A DNA stretch of 64,000 nt, taken from NCBI GenBank assembly GCA_934098435.1, contig CAKOOV010000004.1, positions 26,096-90,095 on the forward strand, written 5' to 3'. A program made the translations under genes and the position numbers. The stretch is from an uncultured Bacilli bacterium. Its GTDB lineage: Bacteria; Bacillota_I; Bacilli_A; RF39; UBA660. Position 1 is the stretch's first letter. Each line of letters starts with the position of its first letter. Below the pieces are notes generated by a model. That model was not told the origin of the DNA and ran no database searches. It saw only the letters and a program-made list of their open reading frames with translations. Below, one piece after another: positions 32,851 through 41,637 of the stretch.

Positions 32851-35037
32851 TTAATAATTCTTTATATTATTTATTAATTCTACTACTTCATTATAAGTTT
32901 CATCTAGTAATTCTAGTCTATATGATCTTATACCTAGATTTTTATAATAATTTATATTATCTAGATAGTTTATTTTTTTATGATGCATTATATGGGTTAA
33001 ACAGTTATTGTGTAATACTCTATATCTATTTTTGTTTATATCTTCTAGATAATATATATCTTCTTCTTTACATGGACATATATTTAATTCTTTGATAGGA
33101 CATGACTTAGTTAACATGTTTTCTATTGTTCCATATATTATTATTTCTACTTTATCTAGTATATAGTCATCTAAGTAGTTATAGTTTATTTCAGGAGATA
33201 GGGTTACTCTTTTTACTCCTTTATCTAGTAAGTATTTTATACTATAATTATTTACTACATTTAAGTAATAATCACTAATTAGATTTGTATTTTTATATTT
33301 ATAGATAGCTCCTAGTTCTGTAGCTAAGATATTATTACTATCATAATTATAGTTATTTACTACTCTTGGTAATCGTAAATATACTTTATTGTTATCTTTA
33401 TATTCTTGATATAACCCACTATCTACATAGATTCTATCTATATTCATATCTAAGGCTGCTTGTACTTGATCTTTAGTTCTAGCTAGAAGGGATACTTCTA
33501 TATTATAGTTAGTATCTTTTTGATAATTTAGATTATATTTATTTATTATGATATTTCTTTTAATAGAAGTTCTCTCTTTAATAAGTTTATTACATAATTC
33601 TCTTCTTATGTTATTTAAGTCTTTCATATTTACAAAGATATCTTTATTTATATTGATATTTATATTATTACATATAAATGGAGTATTACCTAGTTTAGTT
33701 AGTTTTTCTTTTACCTCTTCACTTGTAGTGCTTCTTTTGATTGGAGTATCTACTTTTATTTTATCTTTTACTATGTTATTATTGTTATCTTTAAATATTA
33801 TGATTAGATAATTATTTTCTAGGGTTACTTCTATATCTACCGGTATTTTCTTTATGCTAGTGGATAGTATTTCTTTATCTAAATATGGACTTGATGTTTT
33901 TACTAATATGTCTTTATCTTTTAGGTTTATTTTGTTATCTAGATAGATTATATCTCCTTTACTAGCTTCGTTTATAAGAAGATTTTTTTCGTTATAAATA
34001 AAGTTAGCAATCATACCTTTATTTGACTGTTTGAATCTTAGTCCATCTTCTTGATATAGATTATCTGATAGTTTTATTTTTATTTTCTTTGGTGTTATAT
34101 CTATTACTTTTCCTATTTCTAATCCTTGATGATTTGATGATGATATATTCATTACTTTATCACTGAATAAATAACCATTTGTAAAGTTTCTATTAAATAG
34201 TATTTTTAAATTGTTTTCTTCTTCTTTGGTTATTATTTCTTTGTTATTTTTTTGATAATTATCTATTAGTTTTCTATATATTCTTGTTATATATCCTACA
34301 TATGAAGGAGACTTCATTCTTCCTTCTATTTTGAAACATGTTATATCTGAATTCATTAATTTATCGAAATTATGGATGGTATTTAATTCTCTAGTACTTA
34401 AAAGATATTTATCTTCATTACTTATATATTTACCGTTCTTTATTAATTTATATGGTAGTCTACAGGGCTGAGTACATTCTCCTCGATTTCCACTTCTTCC
34501 TCCATTCATATAACTAAATAGACAGCAGCCGGAATAGGAATTACATAGGGCTCCATGAATAAATACTTCTTTTTCGATATCGACGTTAATATTTTCTATT
34601 TGTTCTAAAGTCATTTCTCTATCTAATACTACTTTGGTTACTCCTAAAGCTTTTAAGGCTTTTATTCCTTCGTTATTATGGTTATGTAATTGAGTTGAAG
34701 CATGAATTTCAAAATTGGGAAATGTTTGTCTTACTAGAGATATCATTCCTATATCTTGCATTATTAGTGCATCTACTCCAATTTGATATAGATAATTTAT
34801 ATATTCTATAAATTCTTCTACTTCATTATTATATATTATTGTATTTACTGTTATATATATTTTTACTCCATAAAGATGGGCATATTCTACTGCTTCTTTT
34901 AATTCTTCATTGGTAAAGTTTCCGGCAAATGCTCTGGCTCCAAATGATTTTCCTCCTAAATAGCAGGCATCTGCTCCATTATTTATAGCGGCTTTTAAGC
35001 ATTCTATATTTCCAGAAGGGCTTAATAATTCTTTCAA
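32851..35037 (-). CDS. Peptidase U32 family protein (long form)
   Basis: U32 signature EVFIHGALCNSYSGCCLFS. TTG start behind AAAGAGGTG. Confidence 0.85.
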   Translation of the reverse strand: MKELLSPSGNIECLKAAINNGADACYLGGKSFGARAFAGNFTNEELKEAVEYAHLYGVKIYITVNTIIYNNEVEEFIEYINYLYQIGVDALIMQDIGMISLVRQTFPNFEIHASTQLHNHNNEGIKALKALGVTKVVLDREMTLEQIENINVDIEKEVFIHGALCNSYSGCCLFSYMNGGRSGNRGECTQPCRLPYKLIKNGKYISNEDKYLLSTRELNTIHNFDKLMNSDITCFKIEGRMKSPSYVGYITRIYRKLIDNYQKNNKEIITKEEENNLKILFNRNFTNGYLFSDKVMNISSSNHQGLEIGKVIDITPKKIKIKLSDNLYQEDGLRFKQSNKGMIANFIYNEKNLLINEASKGDIIYLDNKINLKDKDILVKTSSPYLDKEILSTSIKKIPVDIEVTLENNYLIIIFKDNNNNIVKDKIKVDTPIKRSTTSEEVKEKLTKLGNTPFICNNINININKDIFVNMKDLNNIRRELCNKLIKERTSIKRNIIINKYNLNYQKDTNYNIEVSLLARTKDQVQAALDMNIDRIYVDSGLYQEYKDNNKVYLRLPRVVNNYNYDSNNILATELGAIYKYKNTNLISDYYLNVVNNYSIKYLLDKGVKRVTLSPEINYNYLDDYILDKVEIIIYGTIENMLTKSCPIKELNICPCKEEDIYYLEDINKNRYRVLHNNCLTHIMHHKKINYLDNINYYKNLGIRSYRLELLDETYNEVVELINNIKNY

Positions 35038-35074
35038 GATTTCACCTCTTTCATATAGTATAGCATATTTTTAA

Positions 35075-35116
35075 GCAAAATAAAAGAATGCATTCTCTGA
35101 CAAGTAATGCATCCCC
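35075..35116 (-). terminator. Leader terminator/attenuator upstream of the U32 peptidase gene
   Basis: Minus strand ATGCATT-acttgtcagag-AATGCAT followed by TCTTTTATTTT, about 35 nt before the RBS. Confidence 0.5.
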
Positions 35117-35396
35117 AAGTTTTTGAATAACTACTCGGAATTAATGTCAGTTAATTCAAAATAGCTTCTTATCTTCGAGTTTCTCTCTCATACATATATG
35201 TACATCCAATAGATAGATAAGAATTAAGGCCTCTACCTCAATACCCAAACAAATATACTCGCAAAGCATAAAATTTCTAAACAGTAAAACTTCTACCATC
35301 AAGATTTGATACCCTTACAAATGTTATCTTTATTGAAGATAAATTATAGGTATTTTTTTATGCTTTGCTTTGTATGTTTATCTATTAGACAATTCA

Positions 35397-35425
35397 AGTG
35401 TAAACCATTTTTTTGTAAATGTCAA
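35397..35425 (-). promoter_or_regulatory. Candidate promoter of the long U32 leader
   Basis: The minus strand reads TTGACA, a 17-nt spacer, then TACACT. Confidence 0.45.
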
Positions 35426-35454
35426 GTGTTTTTAATAAAAAAATGAAAAAAATG

Positions 35455-36375
35455 TCATTTTTTTTCTATTTGTTCAATTATTTGTCTTATTTTTCTGAAT
35501 CTATGATTTAGTCCTGACTTACTTATTTCATTTCCTGTTTCTAGAGATATTATTTCCGCTAATTCTGATAGAGAACTTTCTTTATATTTCATACGATATT
35601 CTATTACTTGTTTTAATTTATCATCCAATAAATCTACCATATCTAATTCATATAATTTTTCTATATCTTTTATTTGTTTATTAGCGGTCATAAATACTTT
35701 ATCAATATTTGCTTGTTCACAATTATTTAGTCTGTTTGTCATATTTTTATGATCACGATATATTCTTATATCTTCGAAGTACATTACTGCTGAGAAGGCT
35801 TTTATTATTCTTAAGAAGTCGGATATTTTCTCAGCTTCTTTTATATATACTGTATAGTTTTTTTCTCTTTTTATTATTTTACTATTTAAATCATAGGTAT
35901 TTAATAGTTTATTTACGTACTCTGAATATTCTTTTGTATCTAATATGAATTCTAAATGATACCTTGATGTTTTTGGATCATTTACTGAGCCTGATACCAG
36001 GAATATTCCTCTTAAATAGGCTCTTAATGAATCTTCGTCTGATGTTATATATTCTTTTGGTATACTTAAATATTTGTTATTATCTATTATTGAAAGATCT
36101 TCTAGTAATTCTTTATTTTTTTCAGTTACATTTAATATATAAGTAAAGCCTTTACCTAGTTTTTTATTTCTTATGGTTATTTTTGGTGTTATACCATATA
36201 TATTTTTTATTAATTTAAATGTTCTTCTGGCAACTGCATTGCTTTCTATTGTTATACTTATATTTGGCGTTAATACGGCTGCTATACGCATGATAGCTGA
36301 TAGTTCTGATATATCTTCTAATCTTGTTGTTTCTAATCTTGTTACTTCTTCTTTTACAGTACTAGTAAAACTCAT
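35455..36375 (-). CDS. whiA: DNA-binding protein WhiA
   Basis: Typical N-terminus MSFTSTVKEEV, LAGLIDADG-derived middle domain, C-terminal HTH (SLSELAEI...SKSGLNHRFRKI). Conserved position after yvcK. Confidence 0.9.
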   Translation of the reverse strand: MSFTSTVKEEVTRLETTRLEDISELSAIMRIAAVLTPNISITIESNAVARRTFKLIKNIYGITPKITIRNKKLGKGFTYILNVTEKNKELLEDLSIIDNNKYLSIPKEYITSDEDSLRAYLRGIFLVSGSVNDPKTSRYHLEFILDTKEYSEYVNKLLNTYDLNSKIIKREKNYTVYIKEAEKISDFLRIIKAFSAVMYFEDIRIYRDHKNMTNRLNNCEQANIDKVFMTANKQIKDIEKLYELDMVDLLDDKLKQVIEYRMKYKESSLSELAEIISLETGNEISKSGLNHRFRKIRQIIEQIEKK

Positions 36376-36376
36376 A

Positions 36377-37327
36377 TTATTCTAACTCCTTTACAATATA
36401 ATTAAATATAGCTAAAGCAGTACGATATGGATTATGTCTTACTTTATCTTCTTCTATTTCTAGTAGTTTATCTTCTATAACTTCAACATTTAAGTCTTTT
36501 AATTTTTCATAATCTGTTTCAATAGGACTTGCTTGTTCCTTTACATATCTTTCTTTAATATTATCTGGTACCATTTCATTATTTACTAATACAGTATCGA
36601 TAAAATTATCTTCAACATAGGAATTTATTTTGTTTATGCAATCTGATACTTTATAATTATCTGTTTCTCCGTGTTCGCTCATTATATTGCATACATACAT
36701 TTTTTTAGCTTTAGATGTTTTTAATACTTCTTTTACTTCTTCAGATAACAAGTTTGGTATTATGCTTGTATATAGACTACCTATACCTAATATTATTAAG
36801 TCTGCTTCTTTTAAGGCATTTAATACTTCTTTGGTTGGTGTTACTTTGTTTTTATATTCTATGTAATCTATTTCTTGTCCTGCTTTGGTTATTTTGCTTT
36901 CTCCTTCTATTATATGACCTTCTTTAGTATGAGCTATTAATATTGGATTATCTTCAGTAAATGGTAGTATTCTACCTTTTATATTGAATATTTTTGACAA
37001 TGATGTTAATGATTCGGTTAAATTACCTGTTATATTATATAGAGCCGCTAATAAGAGATTTCCTACTGGATGGTTATTTAAATTACTATCGGTAGTGAAT
37101 CTATATTGTAATAGTTCTTCTATTAATGGTTCTACTTCTGATAATGAAACTAATACATTTCTTATATCTCCTACGGCAAATATATCAAATTCTTCACGTA
37201 ATTTACCACTTGATGATCCGTCATCTGCTACAGATACGATAGCAGTTATATCTAAAGGAAATTGTTTTAAGCCTCTTAGTAGTACTGATAGACCTGTTCC
37301 GCCTCCTAAAACAACTATTTTTTTCAT
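36377..37327 (-). CDS. yvcK: YvcK-family gluconeogenesis / cell-shape factor
   Basis: KIVVLGGGTGLSVLLRGLK, plus the family-typical GPGSLYTSI-like GIGSLYTSIIPNLL. Confidence 0.9.
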   Translation of the reverse strand: MKKIVVLGGGTGLSVLLRGLKQFPLDITAIVSVADDGSSSGKLREEFDIFAVGDIRNVLVSLSEVEPLIEELLQYRFTTDSNLNNHPVGNLLLAALYNITGNLTESLTSLSKIFNIKGRILPFTEDNPILIAHTKEGHIIEGESKITKAGQEIDYIEYKNKVTPTKEVLNALKEADLIILGIGSLYTSIIPNLLSEEVKEVLKTSKAKKMYVCNIMSEHGETDNYKVSDCINKINSYVEDNFIDTVLVNNEMVPDNIKERYVKEQASPIETDYEKLKDLNVEVIEDKLLEIEEDKVRHNPYRTALAIFNYIVKELE

Positions 37328-37411
37328 ATTCCACCTCTTAACCATTATACTATAAATTATTTTAAAAATAAAGTATTGTTACTTATATGAAAGAAAAAGA
37401 AGATAATTTTG

Positions 37412-38173
37412 TTAATTTTCTTCTTTTGATTTTCTTTTTTCTTGTATTTGAGAATTTATATCTAATATTAATTTAGATGGTGCTATTTTGATTAAGAAGC
37501 GATTTAGTTTCATGTTTGGTGGAACTATTATTAATTTATTTTTGAACATACCATCTATAGCTATTTTACTTGCATAATCACTTGTTAATGATGAGATGTT
37601 AAACTTTACATCTGCTACATTATTGAAATTAGTATCTACGGGTCCTGGACAGAATATGGATATTTTGACATTTGAATTATCTTTTCTTAATTCTTCATAT
37701 ATTGCCAATGATAAGCTTACTATATAGTTTTTAGTAGCGTAATATGTTGCCATATATGGTCCTGGCATTAATCCTGCCATGGATGCTACATTTAGGATTC
37801 TTCCGTAATTTCTTTTGGCAAAATCTTTTAAGAATAGTTTTGTTAATATATGATATGCTTTTATATTTAAATCTATCATATTCATTTCTTTATCTAAACT
37901 TGTTTCGGTAAATTTACCTGCATCTCCAAAGCCAGCATTATTTATTAATATATCAATATTTTCAGATTTTACTTTTTTATATAGTTCTATACATTCTGCT
38001 TCTTTGGTTAGATCATAGCCATAAGTTGCTATTACGTTTTTATCTTCTTTAAATACTTTATCTAATTTTTTTTTATCTTTGGATACTAATATTAGTTTGT
38101 AATCAAAACTAGATAGATACTTAGCCATATCTCTTCCCATTCCTGAAGAAGCTCCTGTTATTAATACTTTCAT
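37412..38173 (-). CDS. Short-chain dehydrogenase/reductase
   Basis: TGASSGMG cofactor motif, NNAG, catalytic YxxxK (YYATK). Confidence 0.9.
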   Translation of the reverse strand: MKVLITGASSGMGRDMAKYLSSFDYKLILVSKDKKKLDKVFKEDKNVIATYGYDLTKEAECIELYKKVKSENIDILINNAGFGDAGKFTETSLDKEMNMIDLNIKAYHILTKLFLKDFAKRNYGRILNVASMAGLMPGPYMATYYATKNYIVSLSLAIYEELRKDNSNVKISIFCPGPVDTNFNNVADVKFNISSLTSDYASKIAIDGMFKNKLIIVPPNMKLNRFLIKIAPSKLILDINSQIQEKRKSKEEN

Positions 38174-38211
38174 AGTTAATCCTTTCTATTAAAAGAAATA
38201 ATCACTAGTGA

Positions 38212-38610
38212 TTATTTTTCTTCTAATTTATCTATTACTTCTTGTGCTGCAGAAATTACTTTTTCTCTTAAGTCATTAGCCATTCCTTCAAGTACTGGGG
38301 TACCTTTTTCTTTGGCTAATTTTACTAAATCTTCTGCCTTATCTTGTAGTTCTTTTCCTTTTTTCTTAGCAGCTTTTAGTACTTTTTCTTTATTTAAATC
38401 TTCTAATTCATTTGTTACTTCTTCAACTTTATCTTTAAATTCTTTCTTGATATCTTCTACTTTCATTTGATCAACATCTTTAATGATATCATCAATTTTT
38501 TTCTTGATATCTTTTCTTAAATCTGCTCCTTTTTTTGGTGCAAATAATAGGGCTAATCCTGCTCCTACTGTTGCTCCTAATGCTATTTTTCCTAATCCTT
38601 TTTTACTCAT
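38212..38610 (-). CDS. YtxH-like protein
   Basis: N-terminal amphipathic/TM GKIALGATVGAGLALLFAPKKG, then a charged helical region. Confidence 0.75.
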   Translation of the reverse strand: MSKKGLGKIALGATVGAGLALLFAPKKGADLRKDIKKKIDDIIKDVDQMKVEDIKKEFKDKVEEVTNELEDLNKEKVLKAAKKKGKELQDKAEDLVKLAKEKGTPVLEGMANDLREKVISAAQEVIDKLEEK

Positions 38611-38878
38611 TTTTATCTTCCTTTCTTTTAAATAACTTCTCTATTAATAAAGCAATATTATCTACTATTTTATCTGTTATAGTAGTAAACTTTCCTGTTA
38701 CTAGGCCAATCATTTCAAATAGGCTATCTAGTGTTTTTACTTTTACACTAATATTATCAACAACTTTTTCTATTTTATTCAGTGTAATGATAAGCTTTAT
38801 AGTTAATATTATTAATGTTACTAATAATATAGCACCTAAAATATATAATATTGTTGGTAAAACCATTTCCACTGTCAT
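38603..38878 (-). CDS. Small membrane protein (DUF948-like)
   Basis: One N-terminal TM plus a helical region. Typically paired with a YtxH-like gene. Overlaps both neighbours. Confidence 0.6.
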   Translation of the reverse strand: MTVEMVLPTILYILGAILLVTLIILTIKLIITLNKIEKVVDNISVKVKTLDSLFEMIGLVTGKFTTITDKIVDNIALLIEKLFKRKEDKNE

Positions 38879-39933
38879 TATTTCTTATCCTCCTCGTCAT
38901 CATACATTGAATCTATTAGATTAAATATATCGTTTGAATCGTCGGTCTGTGTAATATCTTCAGTGTTTTTTAGTATTTCATTTATATCTTCCTCGTCATG
39001 GGTTAAGTTTTCAAATTCTTTAGTATCTTCAAGAAAATCTTTATCTTCTAGTTTCTGTTTATTTTCTTTAAGTTTTGTTGTTTGTCTTGTTTTTGGTTCT
39101 TCTTTTACTTCTATTTTTTCGGCTTTAGCTTCTTCTTCATTATGATCTACTATCTTTACTTCGTCTGTTATATCTACTGTTTTGGTTTCTTCTTTTTTTG
39201 GTGGTTCATAACTTACACCAAAGTCAAAATAATTATCCTCGGCATCTCCTAATGATATGTCCTCTGCTGGTCCTTCTTCAGTCATGCTTGCTAAAAGATT
39301 ACTATTATCTATTGTTTGTTTTTTATTAGCATTTTTAGTTATTTTTACTTCTTGATATAATTCACAATTTTCGCACATAACATTTTTTAAATCATCAGTT
39401 AATGTACCAAAAGCTTTATTTCTTACTGTTTCAAAATCTACTTTTCTTGATGGTCTTTGTATTTCATAAGAGCTTTCGTCTTGAACCTTTACTTCATCTT
39501 TAGTGTAGTTTTTGTCCAATACTCCATATACTGGAGATATTACTGGTGTTGGTTTGAATTTTTTTGGTTTTGGTTCTTCTTTCTTTGAATACAATTCAGA
39601 TACAGGCTTTTCTTTTTCTCTTTCTTTTTGAAGAACATTTTGTTTACTATATCTTAAATCTGGAACTAAATCTGAATCATCCATATCTATTGGGAAGGCA
39701 AAGTTACTTGATGTTCTTGTTTTTACGATTTCTCTATCACTTATAACGTTTGTCTTTGGAACTGGTTCTTCTTTTACTTTTTTTGCTTCTTCTCTTTTTT
39801 GTTCTTCCTCTATTTTATTACGCATAAAAGTTGGCAATTTATGTTCCTCTTTTTCTTCTACTTCTATTTCTTCTGTTTCTACTACTTCTTCTTCATCAGA
39901 GAATAAGTCTTTTACTTTATCAAAAAATTTCAT
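38878..39933 (-). CDS. Highly acidic, low-complexity protein
   Basis: E/K/D-rich 351-aa ORF with N-terminus MKFFDKVKDLFSDEEE. No domain recognised. Confidence 0.55.
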   Translation of the reverse strand: MKFFDKVKDLFSDEEEVVETEEIEVEEKEEHKLPTFMRNKIEEEQKREEAKKVKEEPVPKTNVISDREIVKTRTSSNFAFPIDMDDSDLVPDLRYSKQNVLQKEREKEKPVSELYSKKEEPKPKKFKPTPVISPVYGVLDKNYTKDEVKVQDESSYEIQRPSRKVDFETVRNKAFGTLTDDLKNVMCENCELYQEVKITKNANKKQTIDNSNLLASMTEEGPAEDISLGDAEDNYFDFGVSYEPPKKEETKTVDITDEVKIVDHNEEEAKAEKIEVKEEPKTRQTTKLKENKQKLEDKDFLEDTKEFENLTHDEEDINEILKNTEDITQTDDSNDIFNLIDSMYDDEEDKK

Positions 39934-39947
39934 ACTGTCTCTCCTTT

Positions 39948-40592
39948 TTAATATTCTGGTAAATCTGGAATTTTGTTTTCTTCTTCTTGTACGTATTCGC
40001 TTAGATATTCAGAAAATTTACTTTTAGTATTGTCTGGTTTTTGTATTTTATATTCTTTATCAACGTTTGAACCATGTTCATCTTCCAGAATTTTCTTTAT
40101 TAGATTGTCATTATAATTGATACTATTTAATATAATCATACTATTTGCAAGAACATTTTCGATTTTTGTCTTTGGTGCATAAGATTCTATTTTAGCATAA
40201 TTATAAACTACTTTTATAAAGTATAAATCATTATCTTCTGTTATAACTACATATCCAACTTTATTATCTTTATTTATTTTGTGGTAATAATAACTATTGT
40301 TTACTTTATTATCATCTAAATTTAATGTATTTTGATAATAATAACTTACTGCATCAACATATAAATACATGAATGTATCTTCTGTTTTTAATTTTTGATT
40401 ATAGTCTTTATCATATACTTTTGATACTCCTAATGGTAAGTAATATGTATATCCTAGTGATGTTGTATTTTGGTTGTTATAATTATTATTTATAATTGTA
40501 TCTATAATAACACTATAGTCATCAACATTATCTATTCTAGTGCAGCCTGCACATAGTATTAGTATTAATAATAGTATAATTTTTTTTTTCAT
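39948..40592 (-). CDS. Lipoprotein
   Basis: Lipobox LLILILCAGC. Confidence 0.75.
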   Translation of the reverse strand: MKKKIILLLILILCAGCTRIDNVDDYSVIIDTIINNNYNNQNTTSLGYTYYLPLGVSKVYDKDYNQKLKTEDTFMYLYVDAVSYYYQNTLNLDDNKVNNSYYYHKINKDNKVGYVVITEDNDLYFIKVVYNYAKIESYAPKTKIENVLANSMIILNSINYNDNLIKKILEDEHGSNVDKEYKIQKPDNTKSKFSEYLSEYVQEEENKIPDLPEY

Positions 40593-40699
40593 ATCATACC
40601 TCTTCTACATTATAACAAAAAAAGGTAAAAATTGAAATAGTTTTTTTTATTTTTATATAAAAAGGATATTATTTATAATACTTTATTTAATAATATTAT

Positions 40700-40753
40700 A
40701 ATTTAGAGACCCTAGGCTCTAAATTTTTTCTAATGACCTTAGGCATTAGAAAA
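40700..40753 (+). repeat. Tandem hairpin pair, locus 3
   Basis: aatttagag-ACCCTAGG-ctctaaatt (40700-40725), directly abutting ttttctaatg-ACCTTAGG-cattagaaaa (40726-40753). Confidence 0.8.
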
Positions 40754-40777
40754 CGGCGAATAATGAAATGTGAGACG

Positions 40778-40801
40778 AAAAAAAGCTTATTATTATAAGC
40801 T
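40778..40801 (-). terminator. Intrinsic terminator of 40800..41081
   Basis: Minus strand AGCTTAT-aata-ATAAGCT followed by TTTTTT. Confidence 0.7.
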
Positions 40802-41081
40802 ACTTTAACATTTTTACAAAGGATAATTCTATGAATCCTAAAGACATTAATATTAAACTGTTAAATATAAATTTATTTTGAATAGTATTTGCTATGATAG
40901 ATAAATTTATAATATTAGTACTATTTCTTATCATATAACTTAATATTATACTTATTATAATAGTTAATATGCTAGATAATATAGTTATCTCACTAGTTAA
41001 TTTTAATACTAATTTTTTATCTTTAGTTACTATATATAGTATTATAGTTATGATTATTATAAATAATATTATATATAACAT
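40800..41081 (-). CDS. Small membrane protein (3 TM)
   Basis: Hydrophobic 93-aa ORF, 1 nt from the upstream gene. Confidence 0.55.
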   Translation of the reverse strand: MLYIILFIIIITIILYIVTKDKKLVLKLTSEITILSSILTIIISIILSYMIRNSTNIINLSIIANTIQNKFIFNSLILMSLGFIELSFVKMLK

Positions 41082-41082
41082 A

Positions 41083-41562
41083 TTAAGCTTCCTTCACTGA
41101 TACTTCTAAATCATATAGAAAATCATTTATATCATCAGAATATATTTTACTATTTTCTAGTACTTTTTTCTTTAAATAGTATGGAATAGTATTATCATTA
41201 TTAGTGGCTTCTTTAATCATATTATATATTTCATCACTTGTTAATTTGGAATTTATATTTTTATTTATTTTGTAATCAACTATTTTATTTAATACTATTT
41301 GTAATTTCTTATCTAATTCTTTAGAGTTTATTAATATATTCATTTCTTCTTCAGTAATATCCAGGGTATTTTTTACATCATAATATGTTTCGTTATATTC
41401 ATTATTATCCCCTGTTAAAAGATCTTTAATGGTTATTTTATTTATTATTTCATTTATACCATTATCACTTTTGACATTTATTATTACTGCATAAGTACTA
41501 GCTATGGTATATGCTAATGTTAATAATATTATTAGTAATACTACTAATAGTCTTTTTTTCAT
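41083..41562 (-). CDS. N-terminally anchored or secreted protein
   Basis: Signal/anchor LLVVLLIILLTLAYTIAST. Confidence 0.55.
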   Translation of the reverse strand: MKKRLLVVLLIILLTLAYTIASTYAVIINVKSDNGINEIINKITIKDLLTGDNNEYNETYYDVKNTLDITEEEMNILINSKELDKKLQIVLNKIVDYKINKNINSKLTSDEIYNMIKEATNNDNTIPYYLKKKVLENSKIYSDDINDFLYDLEVSVKEA

Positions 41563-41604
41563 GTTATCACCATTATTAGTATTTATTTATTTATTTTTAT
41601 TATA

Positions 41605-41637
41605 CAAAAAGAAATATAGTTTTTTTCTATATTTCTT
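41605..41637 (-). terminator. Intrinsic terminator of rnj
   Basis: AAGAAATATAG-(7 nt)-CTATATTTCTT followed by a T-run on the minus strand. Confidence 0.8.

Noticed and set aside
35038-35425. T-box or c-di-GMP-I riboswitch assignment for the U32 leader
   Set aside because: I found no T-box sequence (GGGTGGTACCGCG-like) and no recognisable specifier-loop or distal-loop motifs. A CGCAAAGC string occurs only on the plus strand, with no downstream plus-strand gene. The class is left unassigned.
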